Origin: a virus
Taxonomy: Duplodnaviria > Caudoviricetes
Strand: one strand, 5' to 3'
IMG/VR virus record: IMGVR_UViG_3300032050_014001
Location: 13,119-77,118 of that record
Length of the DNA: 64,000 nt
Every line of letters begins with the position of its first letter. Within the stretch, counting starts at the first letter, position 1. Below the pieces are notes generated by a model. It worked only from the letters and a program-made list of their open reading frames with translations, ran no database searches and was not told the DNA's origin. Position numbers and translations under genes: made by a program. Positions 58,448-64,000 of the stretch are shown piece after piece.

Positions 58448-58822
58448 ATGGCAAGCTTTACTGAATTAAGAAATTTATTATTAGAAAACGTATTAGACAT
58501 CAGATTCTTGAGAAGAACACCAAAGCCTGGTTCAGGTTCTACAAGAAGAATGTTGTGTACAAATTCAACTAATTTACTTAATTCATATAATGGAAAATTA
58601 ATTTTAGGATATACAGCCCCCACACAATATCCAAAATTTGATCCACAAGCTGAAAACATTATTATTACTTGGGACATTCTTATGCAAAACTATAGATGTA
58701 TAAATGTTGACAATTGTACTATTATTCAAAAATTACCAGCTAACGATGAATTTTGGAAATACTTCAATGAGAACGTTTATACAATGTCTACTTCACAAAA
58801 AATTAACTTCATGAACACATGA
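58448..58822 (+). CDS. Hypothetical protein (SH3/WYL_2-like)
   Basis: IRF.R...RRMLCT...WD....YR pattern. Confidence 0.5.
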   Translation: MASFTELRNLLLENVLDIRFLRRTPKPGSGSTRRMLCTNSTNLLNSYNGKLILGYTAPTQYPKFDPQAENIIITWDILMQNYRCINVDNCTIIQKLPANDEFWKYFNENVYTMSTSQKINFMNT

Positions 58823-59151
58823 TTAACGTACTTGAAAACAATTTAAATAACTTTCTCCAAAGAGAGGTGTCTTTTATGGTAAACAACAAAACCATAAAGA
58901 AAGGTAAACTATTATTATTCACTGTCAAAGATTTTTATATTACTTTCTTATTGAGAGTGAATAATGAACAAAAGAAATTTGAATTGCCATATCCATTTCA
59001 TAGCAATTCAAAAGGATTGACAGCTGAAATGAATTATACATTAAATGAAATTTCACATAATTGTGATCACCTTTATTTTAAATTGAAATCTTTGACACCA
59101 AAGACTAACGCTAAAATTTACGATAACGTAGTTTATATTGTTGGTGAGTGA
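58819..59151 (+). CDS. Hypothetical protein
   Basis: 110-aa ORF, ATGA-coupled. Confidence 0.55.
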   Translation: MINVLENNLNNFLQREVSFMVNNKTIKKGKLLLFTVKDFYITFLLRVNNEQKKFELPYPFHSNSKGLTAEMNYTLNEISHNCDHLYFKLKSLTPKTNAKIYDNVVYIVGE

Positions 59152-59181
59152 TCTCTAAACGAAACCAGATAAAATGACATC

Positions 59182-60804
59182 ATGAATTTGATGTCATTTT
59201 TTCCTGATGGATATGAACCACTACCTCAGCAAGTAGAAATCATTCCGAGAATAGAAAGAGCCTTTGAATCAGGTAAGAAGTTTGTTATTTGCTGTGCACC
59301 TACTGGCTCAGGCAAATCTTTTTTAGCTAAGACACTAGCTAATAGCAGTTCTATTTCACCTACAGAATTTATTAAGTCTATTGAATCAAATCAGGCTTTT
59401 GCAATGGATCAATTTGGCGCATATCTTGATCCGGATGATTGTTCCGGTATGCCTACATTTGGTGCCATGGCATTAACTATCACTAAGACGTTGCAAGATC
59501 AATATGTATCATTATTCGATGATTCAAAAGCATTGAAAGGTAAAGCAAATCATACATGTGCTATTGATCCAAAATTCACAGCAGATATTGCACCATGCAT
59601 CTTCAATTCAGATTTGAAGCACGAATGTCAAGTTGCTAATAAATGCCCATACTATAATTCAAGGAATGAAACATTAGTATCACAATTTGGTGTTCTGAAT
59701 TACAGTATGTTTCTGTCATTACCAGGTCACGTAAAGAAAAGAGATTTTATTATTTGTGATGAAGCTTCAGAATTAGAAGACGAATTGGTTAAACGATTTT
59801 CGAGAGAATTGAATTATAAGGTTCTCAAGAAGATGAATATTTCCATTACATCCATCCCAATTAATAATTATACAAAGTTTAGAACTTGGTTAGAAAACTT
59901 TGTAGGAGATCTTTCAGAAGAAGTTAACACATTAATGGATTCATTGAAGAAGAAAAAGACATCTACTTCATTGGTAGATAGACAAAGATTGTCATTATTT
60001 AAAAATTTGCATATGTCGCTCAAGACAACTATTGAGACTTGGGATGATTGTGAATATATTCTAGAAAAGACAAATGAAGCAATTACCTTAAAGCCTCTGA
60101 GAATTGATAAACTTTCTCAACATATTTTCAATTATGGAGAAAAAATCCTTTTGATGTCTGCTACTATCATTGATCATAAACATTTTGCCAGAACGCTCGG
60201 AATCACTGATTATGAGTATATTGAAGTAGATTCTACATTCTCTGCAAAGAAGGCTCCAATCTTTTGCGCGGGCAGGGTTAAGTTGAATTATAAAAATTTA
60301 AAATCATCATTACCATACATTGCAAAACAAATCAAAAATCTTTGCGATCAACATAAGGATGTGAAAGGTGTAATCCATACGCATACTATGGAGATTACTA
60401 ATTATCTTAGAAATAATATAAATGATCCTAGATTTATCTTTAGAGGAGATGGTATGACCAATGAACAAATCCTCAAACAACACTTAGAAGATCCGTCACC
60501 AACTATCTTGGTATCACCCTCATTAACTTATGGAGTAGATTTAAAAGATGATTTAGCTAGATTTCAAATCTTAGTGAAAGCAGCTTATATGCCATTAGGA
60601 GATGAAAGAATTAAACGTCTCTTTAAAGAAGATGGTCAATGGTATGTCAATAAGATGCTTAATAATCTCATCCAAGCGTGTGGTCGTGGAGTTCGATCAG
60701 TAGATGATTATTGTGTGACATATATCTTGGACGGATGCATTGTAGATGCGGTCATTCAGAACAAAACCAGATTACCAAAGTACTTCTTGAAGCGATTCAA
60801 TTAA
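59182..60804 (+). CDS. DinG/XPD-like SF2 helicase
   Basis: APTGSGKS, LQDQY, KGKANHTC with Cys cluster, CDEA, MSAT, GVDL, QACGRGVRS..D; promoter GTGATC-N16-TAAAAT-N6-ATG. Confidence 0.85.
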   Translation: MNLMSFFPDGYEPLPQQVEIIPRIERAFESGKKFVICCAPTGSGKSFLAKTLANSSSISPTEFIKSIESNQAFAMDQFGAYLDPDDCSGMPTFGAMALTITKTLQDQYVSLFDDSKALKGKANHTCAIDPKFTADIAPCIFNSDLKHECQVANKCPYYNSRNETLVSQFGVLNYSMFLSLPGHVKKRDFIICDEASELEDELVKRFSRELNYKVLKKMNISITSIPINNYTKFRTWLENFVGDLSEEVNTLMDSLKKKKTSTSLVDRQRLSLFKNLHMSLKTTIETWDDCEYILEKTNEAITLKPLRIDKLSQHIFNYGEKILLMSATIIDHKHFARTLGITDYEYIEVDSTFSAKKAPIFCAGRVKLNYKNLKSSLPYIAKQIKNLCDQHKDVKGVIHTHTMEITNYLRNNINDPRFIFRGDGMTNEQILKQHLEDPSPTILVSPSLTYGVDLKDDLARFQILVKAAYMPLGDERIKRLFKEDGQWYVNKMLNNLIQACGRGVRSVDDYCVTYILDGCIVDAVIQNKTRLPKYFLKRFN

Positions 60805-60812
60805 ATATATGT

Positions 60813-62273
60813 GTGGAAATACAGACATTTCATTTTGAGATACGTGATATCATATCGCAATTTATAGCTGCTTTTGATGATGTAGTTATAAATCGATATG
60901 ATAAAAACCGCGACGCAAGATCAAATGTCAAGGTTCGTTACGTTTATTCTCCAAAAGAAAGAGTCTTATTTGATATCGTAAACAAAGCACAAAATATTAC
61001 ATTGCCTGTTATTGCTGTCAATGTAACCGGTATAAGCCGTGACGAAAACAGGGTGTTTTCTAAACTCTATGGATTTGATGAAAGTGATCATTTTTCTGAT
61101 TTAAAGCCCGGAAAAAATCATGCGCATATTAATATGCCGATACCAGTAAACATAGATTTATCTATGTCAATTCTTACTGAGTATCAAACGGATATGGATC
61201 AAATACTTTCTAATTTTATACCGTATTCAAATCCTTATGTTGTAATTGCATGGAAAATACCGGATGCTATGGGAGCAGCCACCACACAAGAAATAAGGTC
61301 TCAAGTAATGTGGTCTGGAAACATGACCATGAGCTATCCTACGGATACAACAAAATCAGACAAATATAGAATAGAAGCATCTACAGGATTTACTATAAAG
61401 GGTTGGTTGTTTCAAAAAGAAATGCCAAAACAACAAAATGTATTTTTTATTAAAACTAACTTTTCTTCAGCATTACTAGAATGTGATAATTTTTATGCGT
61501 CGAATTCTGAAGCAATAGCATTACCAGCTAGACAAAATACAAGAACAATTACATTCTCAGCTGCGCCCGCATGCACATCTATATTTTTTCATGGCACATT
61601 AATTGATGATGACTTTATCTTTCAAAAAGAAGAAGCAAATTATCCGTTTATGCTATTAGGTAATAATTTTGATCATACGACCAATGTTTTACTTTCATCA
61701 ACTTCTACTATTTTATCTTCTACACTAACCGTATTGAATTTTGATTACTACCCACCCGTTAGTGCATATAGTTTACCATTATCATGTTATAAATTAATAA
61801 ACAATTATACTATAGAATTAAATCTACCTGAATTAATAAGCAACGGTACATTTAATATTATAGTAGCAAATAGAGCAGGTTGGGAGAAATTTAAATATCA
61901 ATTTAATATTGGAGACGCACCAGACAGTTCATTATTACCACCACCAGAACCACCAGAACCACCCATTACTGATATTATGGGCAAATATTTCTTCTCATTA
62001 ATCAACAATGACTGGTATGATACAGTAAATTGGTATGCAGATGCTGATAAGTCTATTCAAGCTACAGTACTACCCGATGAAACAGTAGATGTAATTATAT
62101 TGCCGGCGACAATGAGACCCGTAGTTGATCTAGATAATTTTGAATGGACAGATCCCAAATCAATAGATGCAACTCAAGCAAACGGTATTACATTCAGGTC
62201 TGAATTGGGATCACAAGTATTTTCACCTATTGTTGGTGATGTCATATATGAAGGTAGCGCTAGTCACGGTTAA
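60813..62273 (+). CDS. Tail sheath stabiliser / completion protein (gp15-like) with C-terminal extension
   Basis: FHFEIRD...F..AFDD..I.R, YSPKER, TLP, PVNI..MSI, DMDQIL.NF.PY, FTIKGWLF; GTG start 5 nt after TAAATA. Confidence 0.8.
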   Translation: MEIQTFHFEIRDIISQFIAAFDDVVINRYDKNRDARSNVKVRYVYSPKERVLFDIVNKAQNITLPVIAVNVTGISRDENRVFSKLYGFDESDHFSDLKPGKNHAHINMPIPVNIDLSMSILTEYQTDMDQILSNFIPYSNPYVVIAWKIPDAMGAATTQEIRSQVMWSGNMTMSYPTDTTKSDKYRIEASTGFTIKGWLFQKEMPKQQNVFFIKTNFSSALLECDNFYASNSEAIALPARQNTRTITFSAAPACTSIFFHGTLIDDDFIFQKEEANYPFMLLGNNFDHTTNVLLSSTSTILSSTLTVLNFDYYPPVSAYSLPLSCYKLINNYTIELNLPELISNGTFNIIVANRAGWEKFKYQFNIGDAPDSSLLPPPEPPEPPITDIMGKYFFSLINNDWYDTVNWYADADKSIQATVLPDETVDVIILPATMRPVVDLDNFEWTDPKSIDATQANGITFRSELGSQVFSPIVGDVIYEGSASHG

Positions 62274-62290
62274 AATATCAAAGAACATGA

Positions 62291-62296
62291 TAAATA
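62291..62296 (+). promoter_or_regulatory. Late promoter for portal
   Basis: GATAAATA-N6-ATG 62303. Confidence 0.6.
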
Positions 62297-62302
62297 GTGG
62301 AA

Positions 62303-64000
62303 ATGAGTTCTTTAGATGATGGTCGTTCTTCTACATTTGGCAGAGACTTGATGAATTATATTTCATCAAAATTGCCCTATTCTGGTTATAATGTTTTAGA
62401 TGCATCTGAGAAATTAAATCCTAAATTTAAGTATTTCGAAGAAGTTGGCTCACGAAGAGCAGAAGCCTTATCTAGGCATTCTGTTTCTCAAAATAGTGAA
62501 TATAATAATGCAGGTATAGGTGCAATTCAGAAAGATTCTAGATTTTCTGAAATCATGTATGCTAATATCCAAAAGGATAAACCAGCACGCATACGTGACT
62601 ATCGCATTATTGCTGCCTTCTCGGAAGTATCTGATGCTTTAGATGAAATTTGTGACGAGATAATTAATAAAGATTCCGACGGCAACATTATCAAATTACG
62701 TTATAAAAATGATAATCTAAATGAAACACAAGAAGAAACACTAAATAGAGAGTTTCAAAAATACATTCAATATTTTGATTTAGATAATAAAGGATGGGAT
62801 ATTTTTAGGTCATTGTTGGTAGAAGGGGAAGTTTTCTTCGAACATATCATTCATGAAAAATATCCTAAAGAAGGTATCTTAGGCACAGTACAAGTGGGTG
62901 CAGATATGATTGATCCTGTTTTTACCAATGTACAAAACATGATGGTAAAAGCGTTTTTATATCGCAAGCCAAAGTTTGATCCTAATAACCCTACCAAACA
63001 GGTTGGACACGAATATGTTCCGATGGACAAAAATCAAATTACTTATATTCATTCTGGTATATGGAATGAAAATAAGACCATGAGATTGCCATTCTTAGAA
63101 AACGCTAGAAGAGCATATCGTCAATTATCGATGATTGAAGATGCAATTATCATTTATCGTTTAGTCAGGGCCCCCGAAAGATTAGTTTTTAACGTAGATG
63201 TTGGAAATATGCCTGCTCCTAAAGCAGAGTCTTACCTACGAAAATTACAACAACAATATTGGTCTTCTAAAACATTTGACAATAATCAGGGTGGTGTGGT
63301 ACAAAAATTTAATCCGCAAACCATGTTAGATAGTTACTGGTTTGCAAAGAGAGCCGGTTCAGAAGGAACATCTGTTACAACATTACCAGGCGGGGCAAAT
63401 CTAGGTCAATTAGATGATTTAATGTACTTCATGAAGAAGTTGTATCGAGCATTAAAGATACCTTCTTCACGATTAGACCCACAAGATACATTTAAAGACG
63501 GTCAAGAAATTCTTAGAGAAGAATTAAAATTTGCTAGATTTATTATAAGAATGCAACAACAAGTTGCAGCTGGTTTTAAAAATGGATTTATTACACACCT
63601 TCAATTGAAGGGTTTGTGGTCTGATTTTAAATTAAAAGAACAACATTTTGACTTGGAATTTAATGTTCCAACTAACTTCTATGAATTAAGAGAAAGTCAA
63701 AAATTAGAAATGAAGGTTCAAAATTTCGGTACTATGTCAAGTAATCAAAGCATATCACCTTCTTATGCACAGAAGAAATATTTGGGTTGGTCAGATATTG
63801 ACGTGAAAGCTAATAGAGAATTCTTAAGAAAAGACAAAGAGTTTGCTTGGGAATTGGCACAGATTGAGCAGGCTGGTCCTAATTGGAGACAAGCGTTACA
63901 AGCCCAAGCAGCAGCTATGGCACCAGCTGGAGAAATTGGTGGTAGCGCACCTATGGCTGGTGGTGGAGGAGGTGGTTCAGCGCCGCCACCGTTTGTGGGC
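62303..64000 (+). CDS. Portal vertex protein (gp20), runs off window end
   Basis: Not in ORF track; translated by hand: ARRAYRQLSMIEDAIIIYRLVRAPERLVFNVDVGNMP, MLDSYWF, GTSVTTLPGGANLG, ILREELKFARFI. Confidence 0.95.
   Translation, partial: MSSLDDGRSSTFGRDLMNYISSKLPYSGYNVLDASEKLNPKFKYFEEVGSRRAEALSRHSVSQNSEYNNAGIGAIQKDSRFSEIMYANIQKDKPARIRDYRIIAAFSEVSDALDEICDEIINKDSDGNIIKLRYKNDNLNETQEETLNREFQKYIQYFDLDNKGWDIFRSLLVEGEVFFEHIIHEKYPKEGILGTVQVGADMIDPVFTNVQNMMVKAFLYRKPKFDPNNPTKQVGHEYVPMDKNQITYIHSGIWNENKTMRLPFLENARRAYRQLSMIEDAIIIYRLVRAPERLVFNVDVGNMPAPKAESYLRKLQQQYWSSKTFDNNQGGVVQKFNPQTMLDSYWFAKRAGSEGTSVTTLPGGANLGQLDDLMYFMKKLYRALKIPSSRLDPQDTFKDGQEILREELKFARFIIRMQQQVAAGFKNGFITHLQLKGLWSDFKLKEQHFDLEFNVPTNFYELRESQKLEMKVQNFGTMSSNQSISPSYAQKKYLGWSDIDVKANREFLRKDKEFAWELAQIEQAGPNWRQALQAQAAAMAPAGEIGGSAPMAGGGGGGSAPPPFVG

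Noticed and set aside
1-64000. Stop-codon reassignment
   Set aside because: Core genes are full length in code 11 and end in TAA, TAG and TGA.

Overview
AT-rich segment of a large T4-like (gp55/gp45-type) myovirus genome with a strongly shuffled gene order. It holds the replication and recombination core (gp43, gp41, gp61, gp45, gp62, gp32, UvsX/Y/W, gp46/47, a DinG-like helicase), late sigma gp55, and morphogenesis genes (gp17, gp14, gp15, gp3, portal gp20 cut by the window end, a 1266-aa fibre, three tail-collar fibres, GroES-like chaperonin). Accessory content: (i) a dispersed 7-deazaguanine pathway (FolE, QueD, QueE, a QueC lacking its Zn cysteines, a stand-alone class II glutamine amidotransferase) with no recognisable DpdA/TGT in the window, accompanied by a Nudix hydrolase, a kinase-like P-loop protein, a DUF366-like ligase-fold protein and glycosyltransferases placed next to the helicase and polymerase; (ii) a 12-kb, 14-gene glycan island with RmlB, Gmd-ColD-Fcl/ColC (possible GDP-colitose), Glf, glycosyltransferases and methyltransferases. 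Two promoter classes (TAAATA late; TTGAT[T/A]-N16-TAnnnT) sit mostly 5-7 nt before start codons without Shine-Dalgarno motifs, suggesting largely leaderless expression. No tRNA, rRNA, CRISPR array or transposase was seen. All family calls come from motif recognition by eye, not database searches.
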